Position numbers and translations under genes: made by a program. Of a stretch of 50,735 nt of DNA, positions 38,806-50,690 are shown in pieces (positions within the stretch are counted from its first letter, which is position 1; each line of letters begins with the position of its first letter). Source of the stretch: Callorhinchus milii (taxonomy: Eukaryota); NCBI RefSeq assembly GCF_018977255.1, contig NW_024705372.1, forward strand, positions 1-50,735, given 5' to 3'. The notes below the pieces were generated by a model. That model was given only the letters and a program-made list of their open reading frames with translations. It was not told where the DNA came from and did no database searches.

Positions 38806-40208
38806 ATTTTTAGTTATTAGATTTTACTTTTATTAATTTTTAATTTTTTACCTACGTGACTTTACCGAAAAAACCTAAGAATATGAATCATTGCAGCCAC
38901 GAAAGCTTCGAATCTAGAATGTGTATATCCTCTCTGCTACAATTAGACGCCGTTGCCCATGAGGCTGCGGGCCCAGTGCCGTGGCGGCAAGCCGGATCGT
39001 GGTGCAGGGCTGCGGTGTGAGCAGCGGTGCAGCGGAGAGGACTGGCGTACAGCGGCCGAGCCACGCTCAGCTGTGAATTGACAAACCAGCAGTGTCGAGG
39101 GCATGGGCGGCTGTGCGCCGTTCTCTGTCGTGCCAGCCATATCCGGACTGCTGACCACTGAGCAAAGCTTCCCCCCCCCGTCTGTGAGTGTGCGCGTGAG
39201 GAGTCGGAGTTCAGTGGTCGCGTACAATCCTGCAAACCCACGGTCGGGTCCTGATCGTGGATTGCATCAGAGGCACGTGGCAGTTGAAGCTTTCCTGGCG
39301 CTCCCCGGGGTGGACTCGCCGTAAATGCCATACCTAATCCGGCGCGGAAACAACCGCACTGGCAAGGCAAGTTCTACGTGGGTCCTGGCCACACCGCCCC
39401 CATTGTGTGCCACACTGGCCTTGATAGGTGCCCATTATGGACTCGTTGTGGGTATAATTACATGTGTCGCTCACAAATGATGAATCCAATTATCGTAATG
39501 CGCCGTTAGCATTACACCATGAGATGAAGACAATTCGATTTGGAAGATGTCATCTTAGAAATGGGATTGAAGTCACTTCATGAGGCATCTGTAGTATACT
39601 TCGTTTGTATCTACAAACGCTTTGTTATATGCCCAGGAAAGAGCATTCGTCGCGTATCGATCGAGTTTAAATGTTGAAACCTCGGAGCTGGAATGAGCCA
39701 AATTAAGTGAAACGCCAACTTTTATGAAGTCATTGGTGGCTGGGCTGGCTGCCATCCAACTCGCGACGCTTGAGAACTCAGACTAATCACAGAGTGTGCA
39801 GCGGCGTAGCAACCGCGTGTGCAGGCGGTGCAACTGCCAATTGGCCAGAGGGCCCAAACACTGGACTACAGAGAGGAGGGGAATTGAACAGAGGGCCCAA
39901 TTAAATACCTTGCACCAGGGCGATAACCACCGGGCTACACCACCACCACACAGTTGGCTGAAACCCACGTTGATGCCTCTTTGGCGACGGCGGTGGCTCA
40001 ATGCTCTGAACTCGGCAGGCATCACCCCCTGGGCCATGCCCCCAGCGCCGGTGTGTCCTCTGGCCTCGTTTCCACATTCACGTCGAACCTGATCCGAGCG
40101 TCACGGCGGCGGTGACAGGGCGACAGCGGACGCTCCCTCACCTCACCTGCCCGTGCTCGCAGCTGAGCTCACGCAGGAGCAAATCCCTGCGGACACACCA
40201 CTGCCGAA

Positions 40209-40286
40209 GCACACGCACGCGCGCACACACACCCGCGCACACACACGCGCGCACACACGCGCGCGCACACACGCGCGCGCGCACGC
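40209..40286. repeat. Mixed (CA)/(CG) purine-pyrimidine microsatellite
   Basis: GCACACGCACGCGCGCACACACACCCGCGCACACACACGCGCGCACAC... Confidence 0.85.
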
Positions 40287-40429
40287 CCGTGCCACGAACA
40301 CTCACTGGTGGTGCAGAGCCGTTGCAAAGGCTCGGCAGGTGCCCAACCTCAGCGCGTTGGAAGTCAGGAACTGCTCCCTGGCCACACCGCTGCCTCCACA
40401 CCACAATGGGGCCATGTGGCTAGCACACG

Positions 40430-40620
40430 TGTCCCTGTCTGTTCCTGTGTATAGATGATATCTCCCTCCGTGTCTCTTCACGTGTATGTCTGTATCTCTG
40501 TCTTTGTCTCTATTCGTGTCTCTCTCTCTCTCTTTTCGTGCATCTCTCCATGCCGCTTTCTGTGTCTCTACCTCTATCTCTCTTCATGCCTCTTCTCATT
40601 TTACTTGTTGGTTTGTCTCT
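40430..40620. repeat. Degenerate CT/GT-rich low-complexity tract
   Basis: Repeated TGTCTCT, TATCTCT and TCTCTC words; a short (GA)n also lies at 40867-40888. Confidence 0.7.
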
Positions 40621-42459
40621 CGATGCAATATCAATCTCTCAATAGGATCGGCTTGGCCGGTGCGCACACCTGATCTATCAATAAAAATCAATTGAACAAA
40701 TAATTTGGTGATGCTGGTGTTGTTGCTGTGATGGCAGTGGTGCACAAGCGCAAACAACATTTGTAACACATTCGTCAATAACACTGTGACCTTAAAATGA
40801 AAAAAGTATATAACAGGCAATATTTTGCCATTGGGCCTTCTTCGTAATACATTATAGAGAGGCCAAGAGAGAGAGAGAGAGAGACAGAGTGGAATAAGAG
40901 TTGGTGACTATAAAAACAACAGAGTTACGGGGCATGGATCTTGGCTTAAGCTATCACGGTGTAGCCCCTGCCATATTGACACTGTGTACGTGAATGCGGG
41001 TGGAAGTTTTCCACCAACAGATACAAAGACATAAACTACATCAAATAGAGCGAAGTGTCGCAATGCCTGTGCAGAGTCTGTGAAGTTCGTGCCTTCATGG
41101 GAGTAACTCTCACACGTTTCCTGTGGCGGCGGTGTCGGCGACGCTTTCACAAGTTAGTGGCATTACCCCTCCGTTGCGAAGGGACATGTTCAATTTTAAA
41201 AGTCCCTTTGGTTTCTAAATGAAATTCAAATCGCTGCGTGGGCCCTATGAAGTGAGACAGTTTGTATGCTGGGCGGGAGGTCAGAAGATTAACTTCTAGA
41301 CGTGGGTTTTTCTCGTGAAAGTAACAGATAAGAGCTACGGCCAAATTCATATGTGAGGAATGGATTCCGCGCGAAGGGCGGCAGATGACATGTTAGTGGC
41401 CCATAAGTGTTGTTTTGCCTGTGACCAAATCACCTGCAATGCACCCAATTGTGTCAGATCTCAGCCGCTACTCAGCAGAGTTTAGCCTGCATAGCTTCTG
41501 GATGGGAGGCCACCGTGCATAACAGGTGCTACAGGCTGCCGCGAGGGGCTACGCTGTGGGCGGCGGAAGGCAACGCAGCGGAATCCACGGTGGAACCGTA
41601 CTTCTGCGTTCACACGTCCTCCATGCTCTCCACCTTCAGCAGTGGATGAATGCAAGGGCTTGCGTTGCGCGCGTGCATGTTCCCTCGTGTCTCGCTGCGT
41701 TGTGTTCCGGCCTCTCTCCTCCGGTGAATTAGGGTCCGCGAGGAGTGACCAGGGCTGGCGGTCAGCTCGTTGTGCTCCCATTAACGTGCCCGCCCTGTGC
41801 CCTCGTGCGTGCGGTGCGGCGGCTGTGTGAAGTACGCGCAAAGCACCGGTGAGAAATGCGACCCGTGCAGCAGACGTTTTAGCGCAGGTCTCATAGCAGC
41901 TCGCTGATACATTGAACTGATAAATTGCAACGTCACAGCCTGCCAGATGCCACAGCCAGGCTCATATTGTCTCATCCCCTCTCCCGAAAAGAGATCATTT
42001 TCTCGCCTAATAGTTTTTTCCTCCCCCATATCTCACCGTCTATGAAGATGTCAGATAAATAAGTTATGCACCACACGCACGCACGCACGCTAAAACTCTT
42101 AAACCCCAAGCAAGTGCAAAGCGTTGACGTGCAAACGTGCACGGAAATTTCCTGGCCCATCCGACGTCGTCCCGGACGCCTCGAGGCGTTGCGTGGTGGC
42201 ACGATCGCGGTGAGCTGCACGAGGCTCCGTCGCCGGTGCAGAGACGGGGGGGGGGGGCTCCAGCACGGCGTTTAATCGCCGTGCCGCGAGAGGAACGCAC
42301 GCGCACGGAGGCGGTCGTGCCAGTTTCCATGGAGACGGGTTCGGCGCTGTCGGTTTTTTTGAGAGCGCGTGTGCGTGCGTGTGTGGGTGGGCCTGTGAAT
42401 AGCAAGCTTTCCATCCAAAATTGTTTGCACTTCCATGCAATTGCAAGCTCGGGGAATTG

Positions 42460-43682
42460 AGCTCACCCCACACACAGCTCACCCTACACACAGCTCACCC
42501 TACACACAGCTCACCCACCACAGTCACCACTACACACAGCTCACCCTACACACAGCTCACCCCACACAACAGCTCACCCTACACACAGCTCACCCTACAC
42601 ACAGCTCACCCTACCACACATTCACCCTACACACATCTCACCCCCTACACACAGCTCACACTTCACACAGCTCACACCCACACACCAGCTCACCCTACAC
42701 ACATCTCACCCTACACACATCTCACCCCTACACACAGCTCACACTTCACACAGCTCACCCCACACACAGCTCACACTACACACAGCTCACCCTACACACA
42801 GCTCACCCTACACAGCTCACCCCTACACACAGCTCACCCTACACACAGCTCACCCCCACACAGCTCACCCTACACACAGCTCACCCACACACAGCTCACC
42901 CTACACACAGCTCACCCTACACACAGCTCACCCTACACACAGCTCACCCTACACAGCTCACCCCTACACACAGCTCACACTACACACAGCTCACCCCACA
43001 CACAGCTCACCCTACACACAGCTCACCCTCACACAGCTCACACTACACACAGCTCAACCTAACACACAGCTCACACTACACACAAGCTCACCCTACACAC
43101 AACTCACCCTACACACAGCTCACCCCTACACACAGCTCACACTACACACAGCTCACTCCACACACAGCTCACCCTACACACAGCTCACCCTACACTCAGC
43201 TTGACACACAGCACACCCACACACAGCTCACCCTACACACAGCTTGACACACAGCTCACCCCACACACAGCTCACCATACACACAGCTCACCATACACAC
43301 AGCTCACCCTACACACAGCTCACCCCACACACAGCTCACCACACACACAGCTCACCCTACACACAGCTCACACTACACACAGCTCACACTACACACAGCT
43401 CACCCCACACACAGCTCACCCTACCACACAGCTCACACTACACACAGCTCACCCCACACACAACAGACTCACCTACACACAGCTCACCCCTACACACAGC
43501 TCACCCCTACACACAGCTCACTCTACACACAGCTCACCCTACACAGCTCACCCTACACACAGCTCACACACTACACACAGCTCACCCCTACACACAGCTC
43601 ACCCCTACACACAGCTCACTCTACACACAGCTCACCCTACACACAGCTTGACACACAGCTCACCCTAACACACAGCTCCCTA
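42460..43682. repeat. About 16-bp minisatellite (ACACACAGCTCACCCT)n, about 1.2 kb
   Basis: Tandem variants of ACACACAGCTCAC(C/A)CT throughout, with a strongly C/A-skewed plus strand. Confidence 0.95.
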
Positions 43683-43852
43683 CGCACGGCGTCGATTCAC
43701 GGTGGCTCACATTCATAAACAAACAACTGCTTACAACGACAACAAAATTTAATTCCGAGAACGATTTGTCCCGGCCACGTGGCTGTCGATGTCGTGGTTG
43801 CGTGTGCGTGACGTGGGATGTGAGCGCGTTCTCTCGGTGGTGCTTCCGCCAT

Positions 43853-44049
43853 CAAGTTCAAGTTAATTTATTCGGTATAGCCCTGTGAGCCATTCGGCTC
43901 TTGAATCAGGTGCAACCGCAACAAAAAAAAACAAAACATGAACAAGAAAACATCTTAAAGCGACTATGTGCAAACCGAAAATCCAGGAAAAAAACCCAGC
44001 AAAATTCCAGAAAAAGCACCATACACCAACGCTGTGTGAAAAAATTCCC
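43853..44049 (-). mobile_element. LINE/SINE 3'-end fragment
   Basis: Minus strand ends ...GAGCCGAATGGCTCACAGGGCTATACCGAATAAATTAACTTGAACTTG (stem-loop, AATAAA, ACTTGA tail). Homologous to 44944-45117. Confidence 0.65.
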
Positions 44050-44943
44050 GTGGGATTCAAGTCAAACAACAACAACAACAACCACAAGACAACTTAGATT
44101 ACGGCCATCAGTCTTTCTCCGTACTACAACAAACAAACATGGCCAAATCAAAAAACGTTTTCGAAGTCACCAAAATAAAGCCATAAAAGCAATGTAACAG
44201 TGATCATCAGAAGAGCGAGTTGGGACTGGACACGCGGCTCATGTTGTGTGGAAAGCGAGTCACCAAAAGAAGTCCTCCTGCGGTTCCCTTTCAATTAAAT
44301 GGTTTACTTCTCGGGGTCTGTGATGCGACATTCACGTGGCCTTAATAGGGTGTCAAACTTTAAAACGTTGAGATATCAATCTGATGCTGGTTCTCAGTAA
44401 AAGGGTCATACTTTTTTTTTCATCTATGACAAGAAAGCCTAAAACTGGATCATCAGTGAGCACTGACTCAACGGGTATTCGGTTTGTAAAAATAATATTT
44501 TTTGAAGTGAAATATAAAGGTGTAAAATATATGTAGATATTAAGTGAATTGTTTTTTAAAAACCGGGAAAGTTTGTGATGAAATTAATATTTTTCTTTCG
44601 CACTAGCTGCATTCATTAAAATATGTAAGTGATGAGAACACCTCGGCATAACAACGAAATTATAGTCTAGGCCGAAAACAGTACACGTTTAAAAACAGGG
44701 ACGGAATCTCCGTCTCACACAGCACACAAGTGGCGCTGCGCTCTTGTATACACACGTGGTTTTACGGCCTGCACCATTATTTCTGTTGTGATGGTTTTTT
44801 TTCTTCTTCTTGCATTACAATATTTAGAGATTTAATTCATAGCCAAGCTAACGGGCCCCGTAGTGTGGCATGTGGCGACTCAAACATGGATGATTCCCAG
44901 AGGCAGATTTTGCAGCAGTGAGCATTGATGGCTATACTGTGCT

Positions 44944-45117
44944 GGGATTTTTGCACACAGCGGTTTTTGTGTGAAGATTTGCTGGTTTATAATGGATGTT
45001 TCTGTTGCGCGTCGTTGCTTTAAGATGTTTCGTCGTTCATACTTTGTTTGTTGCGGTTGCACCCGACTTATGAGCCACATGGCTCACAGAGCTATACCAA
45101 ATAAATGAAACTTGAAC
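44944..45117 (+). mobile_element. LINE/SINE 3'-end fragment
   Basis: ...TGCGGTTGCACCCGACTTATGAGCCACATGGCTCACAGAGCTATACCAAATAAATGAAACTTGAAC. Inverted homologue of 43853-44049. Confidence 0.65.
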
Positions 45118-46536
45118 CTTGAGTCCTCATGAGGACCAAAGCAGTCCAACAGTTGTCTATTTAGCACGGCACTGCTGCTGTCAGTCGGTCGCATTTGCTC
45201 AAATTAATTTTGATGGTGACCTTAGGCAAGAGGATAACAATGCACTTAAAAAATTGCTGGTGGATTTGTGCATAATACGCAGGGGCTGCGTGCCGAAGGC
45301 CTGATGGGTCAACCCATTCACCTTGTCCATTTCCATTTCACTGCTGTTAATGCGCTGTTCTTGCTGCCACATGAGCAGACGAGTCCAGTCCACTGGTTCA
45401 TAACCGAGTCGATCCTTTAAAATGTGCTGTTATGTGCTCAGAAGCATGCGACTCATTTTTGCAGCCCCATTCAGAAGGCTGCGTCCCTGTGACTCATCCA
45501 GCGATGGACTGGGACAAAAAAAATAATCCGCCCAGGCATTTGTAAACACACCCGCCCCAAATTCGGGCTGCGGGCAATTCTTTCTTCATTTTATTGTTTT
45601 AAATGGGTTGTGCGACAAAACTGTAGGACAAGCAGCTAGATTTGCGATGTGATGATGTAATCGCGTGATGTTTTCTGTGCGATGTCATTGGCACATTTAG
45701 GCTGGGTCCAAAACAACACAAATGGGCTGATGAGGAATAATATTTGAGGCTGCTGAATTATGGACTTAATGCCAATTGGGAGCGTAAGTAAACAATGAAG
45801 CGTACACATTCTAAGAAATAAAATATTTTTCATAAAAAAATTATATAAACAAATATTCATATATCTATATTTTTACTCTGATCACATTATTTAGCAATTT
45901 TTCCCACATAGACTGGCCCACCGACTGGCCCCACTATGCATTTTCTGATCTGTGGCCAGTCTGGCCCTGTACTCAGGGCCAGACTGCCACCTCGAGGTAC
46001 ACAGATATCACGATTGGTACGTACGGTGCGAAAGAAGTTCAACATGCATACATACAAGGCAGCTGCAGCACAGGGTCGTAAGACTCAGGGAGGGTTGCCG
46101 GGAGGGGGGGGGCGAGCTTTACCGTGCTACAAAACCCATACCCACGACCGGCCTGGGCATCTGTTGGAAGATATTGTTCAACTGGGCAAGCTGACGAGGA
46201 ACATGCTGACTTCACGCTGCCACGCGTGTCAGACAAGACGTGGATTTGCTGGTGAAGGGCGAATTAAGTGGTGGCTTGGAGAGAACGCCGTGGCTGCTGC
46301 TGCCGTTGTTGTTGTTGGTGCGGGCGCGTGGGAGTCACAGGACGCAATAAGAACACAAATACAACTCAATTATATAATTACTACTCGCTCACATGGTTAC
46401 AGTGACATCATGCGTTGAAGATCCCGTGTGCAGCAGCGTTTTGAGCGACTGCCAGGGTGGGCCGGAGAGAGATGTGCGGGTCGACTCGAAGGCCGGTGTG
46501 CGTTAGCTAACCTCGTGGTGTCTGCCTGGGTGCCAC

Positions 46537-46757
46537 CAGGGCCGGATTAAGGCACGGGGCATAGGGGCTGCAGTTTAGGGCCTCCGCCAACTGGAGGGCC
46601 TCCAAAGATTAAGTGAAAAGTTATTTTCAATTTGTGAACGCTGCATTTTATTTGTTGTTAGCCTTGTAAAAATAGATAGTATTTTTCTTTAACTTTCTTT
46701 TCCTTTCGAAAATATTCCTGGGGGCATCACAGTGCCTGTAGCCCAGGGGCCTACAAG
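46537..46757. mobile_element. Putative hAT-type MITE remnant
   Basis: Starts CAGGGCCGGATTAA with GGGGC/GGGCCT subterminal motifs at both ends. A matching right TIR was not found. Confidence 0.4.
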
Positions 46758-48582
46758 TCTCTGCCAAATGTTAGTGGGTTTCTAAAGAAGTTTTCATTTC
46801 AAGGAAATGACAAAGAGCCATTTCTTTGGAACTGCTCTTCGTTTTGTGTTTAGTTTGTTGTCCTTCCCCATCATCTCCAATTCGCACAGTTGGCTACGTA
46901 CAGTGCGAAATGAAGTTCAACATGTATGCGTATTGAATGTCCAGGTGAGAGGCATCTGGGGAGGAATTAGATTATTTTTTCCAGGCCTTCGAATCAGGCT
47001 GTACACGACACTGACACGTCCCATTAGCGGTGGGAGGAATGCGCCTTGATCTTTAATTAGAGCGAGCTGAGGGGGCGCGGCATTCATCACCAACAACCGG
47101 GAAAAGCCAGTTTATTCTCTTCAGCCATCACCGTTGGTTAAACGTAATTGCGGTGAAAAGAATATATATCGCGTTGATGGGCCCCACTGAGAACGCGTCT
47201 TCGGGAGCTGCTTTTACGCGAGGGGAATAACGGTGCGAGGTAGCGCCAGTGTTGACATTTTGTCTCGATTATGAATTCCTCTCGCGTCTAAAGAGAGGCT
47301 CTCGCTCCCCTTTGCGGAACCGGTTGCCTTTTTGTCCGAATCTCTTCCTGTGATGTGCTCTCAAATGACACCGCGGCGACTGATGCCTTTTGTGCCGAGT
47401 TATTTGACGAGCATCGAGCCCCAGACCCCGACGATCCTCTCCGGGTGCACTTTCAGTTTCCCTTTCGCCTTCAAACTTGCCTCCAAGTTGAAGCTGATTG
47501 AAACCTTTTGCGAGGGTCACACCTAATTATTATTTTTTGTTGCGATTACTTTGTTGTTGTTGTTTGTGCTTTTAGTTTTAGTACCATTTTTAATTTGTTT
47601 ATGAGTGTTTGATTTTGCATGGTAGTAGTTGAGTTTTCATTTGCTTGATAGTGGCTGCATATGAGATTTGGTCCTCATATGTGATTAACGCACGGCGTTA
47701 TGGGATGCTATTAGCATGAATTAGGCCATATAAAATGAAAGGATTGTTATTATCATGAACGTTCGGTTTTAAATGCACATGGAGCACAAAGTATTTGCCG
47801 CCGTGAAATAAATTGCAGAAACCCGCAGCCCGCGCGAGGTTGCCTTTGCTGAATTTCAATACCACGACAACCGCTAGCACGAGTCCCCATCACGCTCTGT
47901 GCGAATTCACGGCCGAGTAGAGAAATTAAACCTGCCAAGACGCGTGACATCTAATTCATAACGGATTGGAATGGAAATTAGCGATGATTTTGCAACTCGG
48001 CGCGAAGGGTGCTCAAATAAAGGCCGATGCTCTCAACGCCAAGGCTGTGGCAAGCGTGGATTGGGCCTCATCAGGCAAATGCGAAAAAAGAAAAAAACAC
48101 AGTGCCAAATTGCCTCCTTAAATTAAACACCAGTTAACATGCGATCGTACAGGCCATCACTTAGAGAGGAGCAGCTGTTGGGTGTCTGCAAGTGACGGGC
48201 GCGTGAAGAGTGGGGAGGTTCGGGGCCACGTTTAATCCTAAAGGTTTTTTTTGCCTTGTTTCCATGGCAACTGGGAACGGTGACTCTGCCAATTGAGTAC
48301 TGGGGCCAATACCAGCGGCTCCAGCTACTCGGTCTCAATGCCCTCCATCCCCCATTCCCTCTCTCCTCCTCACCCTCTGTGGTCTATGAATGGGATTCAC
48401 GCAGAAAGCTTTTTTCTTATCATTAAAAAGGGTTTAATGTAGTTAAGTGGTCGGACTAGGGTCACGTGGCTGTAGCGGTAGAGCGGGCAGCTCGTAGTCT
48501 GAAGGTTGTGAGTTGAAATCCTGGTTTGGGGAGTTGACTTGGCCTATCGATCATCAGAAGTCGATAAAATAAGTTACACTTT

Positions 48583-48861
48583 AAATTTTGATTTAAAGCT
48601 TTCGTGACTGCAGGGATTCATATTCTTGGTTCTTTTGGTAAAGTCACGTAGAAGGGAAATAATAAAATAATACCAATATTAAACAATAAAAATTCTCACG
48701 ACGTTTCGACTGCAACACAAGCAATCATCATCAGGTGTGAAATCCACAGCAAGAATTTTTTTCTAAAAATTCTCACGACGTTTTAAAATTTTGTTTTTGT
48801 TTTATATTGGTATTATTTTATTAATTCCCTTCTACGTCACTTTACCGAAAGGACCAAGCAT
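48583..48861 (-). mobile_element. Fold-back mini Penelope-like element, copy 6
   Basis: Same subfamily as copy 1, in opposite orientation. 14-bp TSD ATAAGTTACACTTT at 48569-48582 and 48862-48875. Confidence 0.85.
48697..48737 (-). ncRNA. Minimal type I hammerhead ribozyme motif
   Basis: Minus strand reads CAC-CTGATGA-T-GATTGC-TTGTGTT-GCAGTC-GAAAC-GTC-GTG. Stem II is fully paired with one G-U; stem I CAC/GTG can extend to TTCACAC/GTGAGAA with one mismatch. Confidence 0.78.
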
Positions 48862-49217
48862 ATAAGTTACACTTTGTAGGGAAATCAACAGTGATTGCCC
48901 TATGGATAGTAACCCTGCCCTAGGAATGTGGAATTGACACCACTGGCTCAGGGCTGTAAACAGGAGATGAGCACAGCGTCACTAATTTGTGCAGGAAAGC
49001 ACTTTGACCTCCGTGGATTTTCACGGTTATGCTGCCGGGCTCTCTGGTGTGTTTTCGGATGGCGCTGCGTTATTGAGCATGATGTCCGACGTTTAACGGC
49101 GTAGGCTGGGAAGAGTTAATCGAAAAACGGATTTAAACATAACCGCCTCGAGGTATGTTCTCAACACCTGGCAAGGAAGTCGAACCGAGCGAGCGGTGAT
49201 GTCACGGCACGGGGAAG

Positions 49218-49646
49218 TAGGGCTGAACGATTAATCGATTTCAAATCGAAATCTCAATTTGCAACAATGCGATTAGCAAATTGCAAAGTCCTATTACTTT
49301 CTTATTGCAATTGTGTTTTTTATGATTATAACTTTATTTATTTAACTTAACAATTGTTCTATGTTTGATTGTTCTATTTTAATGATTATTTTTTTATAAA
49401 TACATGTTGGAAGCAATTAATATATTTTAAGTTCTCATCCTTGCATTGGAATATATAGAGCAGTCCATATTTAGATGGTATCACGTGCTAATGCCCATCG
49501 CACGTTTTCAATCTATTACACAGTGAATCTTGAACTGAAGCTTGACTTAAACAAACGTGATCGCAAATCAAATCGCAATATCTGTCAGAAAAAAAAAATT
49601 CGCAATTACATATTTTTGATATTTTCCCTAAATCGTTCATCCCTTA
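49218..49646. mobile_element. hAT-superfamily MITE
   Basis: TIRs TAGGGCTGAACGATT / AATCGTTCATCCCTTA, AATCG subterminal repeats, and an 8-bp TSD CGGGGAAG (49210-49217) / CGGGGAGG (49647-49654). Confidence 0.8.
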
Positions 49647-50459
49647 CGGGGAGGGGAAGGGCGCGGCTCGCGCTGTGAGGCCGGCAGTGTGGGGCCCGGA
49701 TTGATTTGGCGGAGCTTCCATGACAACCACCCAGCGGAGCCAGCGGCTTGCTCGCCGGCCGTGCAGACGGGGCCGTCTGTCTCCTGTCCCAGAGCACGGG
49801 GCATTTGACGTTCGTGTGTGTCCACAAACACCGTGGCTGCTTCGCTGACACCCCACCTCCTTCTCCACCCCGGAATCGTGGCTTTAATGGGCCGGCTGAC
49901 CAGTGCTATGTCTTGGGTCAAGGGTGATGCCAGATTGTTCTGCGCTTGTGTTCCCAGCTTCAGCTCTTGGTGTATAGCACATTAGTCAAATATATCATCG
50001 CAATCATCATCATCATCATCAGCAGCCATTGATTGTCTCCTGCTGTATGAAGGTCGCCCGTGTTAATTACCATGTTCAGTAGCTCCGTGAATCAACAATC
50101 TATACAACTCCTGCACATCCCTCGATCTTATCGCTAACAGCACGGGTCTGAGCGCAATTCAATTAAAGTAAAATATATTCCAAACCAGTGTTGTTATTAT
50201 GAACACATGAGACCGTATATATGAATTTAAACACCATCGGTATTGAATTATTTAGCTATTTTATTGTATTCGTTGGAAACAGCGTAGGAACATATTCGCC
50301 GAGTGACACAAAACAAGAACAATAATTTAGTTGGCGCCTCTGAGGAAGCTTCTGGATGAAGATTTCTTACGGAAACCAGAGATATCTTGGAGATGTGAAT
50401 TATAATTGAAATGTTTACATTGGCATCTCTCGCCCCAAACACGAACGGCACCCATTCCA

Positions 50460-50690
50460 GTGGCGAGACGTTAACGCCCTCGCCTACATACAGGAGATCG
50501 TGGTTTCGATCCCAACCCTGATGCCTGTTGTATATTTGAAGTTTGCGCGTACTCCCCGTGGTCGCGATGATTTTTCTCCGGGTCATGCAACCCCCCCCCC
50601 CTCCACATTTAGCAACACGCGTTTCAGATTATTTGGCTGCTACTCTAAATTCCCACACGATAAGCCACTTGGTTGAGCCACCATTCGTGG
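50460..50690 (+). mobile_element. V-SINE-like tRNA-derived SINE (degenerate)
   Basis: B-box-like GGTTTCGATCCC and V-core-like GAAGTTTGCGCGTACTCCCCGTGGTCGCG...TTTCTCCGGGT. Homologous to 448-646. Confidence 0.7.

Larger units (their letters stand above)
38553..38919 (+). mobile_element. Fold-back mini Penelope-like element, copy 5 (best preserved)
   Basis: About 145-bp inverted arms, an internal 32-bp tandem duplication (38706-38737, 38738-38769) and tail AATCATTGCAGCCACGAAAGCTTCGAATCTAGAA. 12-bp TSD TGTGTATATCCT at 38541-38552 and 38920-38931. Confidence 0.85.
48459..49010 (+). mobile_element. tRNA-derived SINE with Deu-like body, interrupted by a mini-Penelope
   Basis: A-box-like TGGCTGTAGCGG (48467-48478), B-box-like GAGTTGAAATCC (48510-48521), and 3' CACCACTGGCTCAGGGCTGTAAACAGGAGATGAGCAC shared with 3176-3410. 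Confidence 0.7.

Noticed and set aside
42421..43668. ORFs of 135-270 aa as His/Thr-rich proteins
   Set aside because: They are translations of the 16-bp minisatellite and give the same peptide words in several frames.
46014..46924. About 35-bp imperfect direct repeat (46014-46046 and 46890-46924) as LTRs
   Set aside because: Too short, with no TG...CA ends, primer-binding site or polypurine tract; more likely old repeat remnants.
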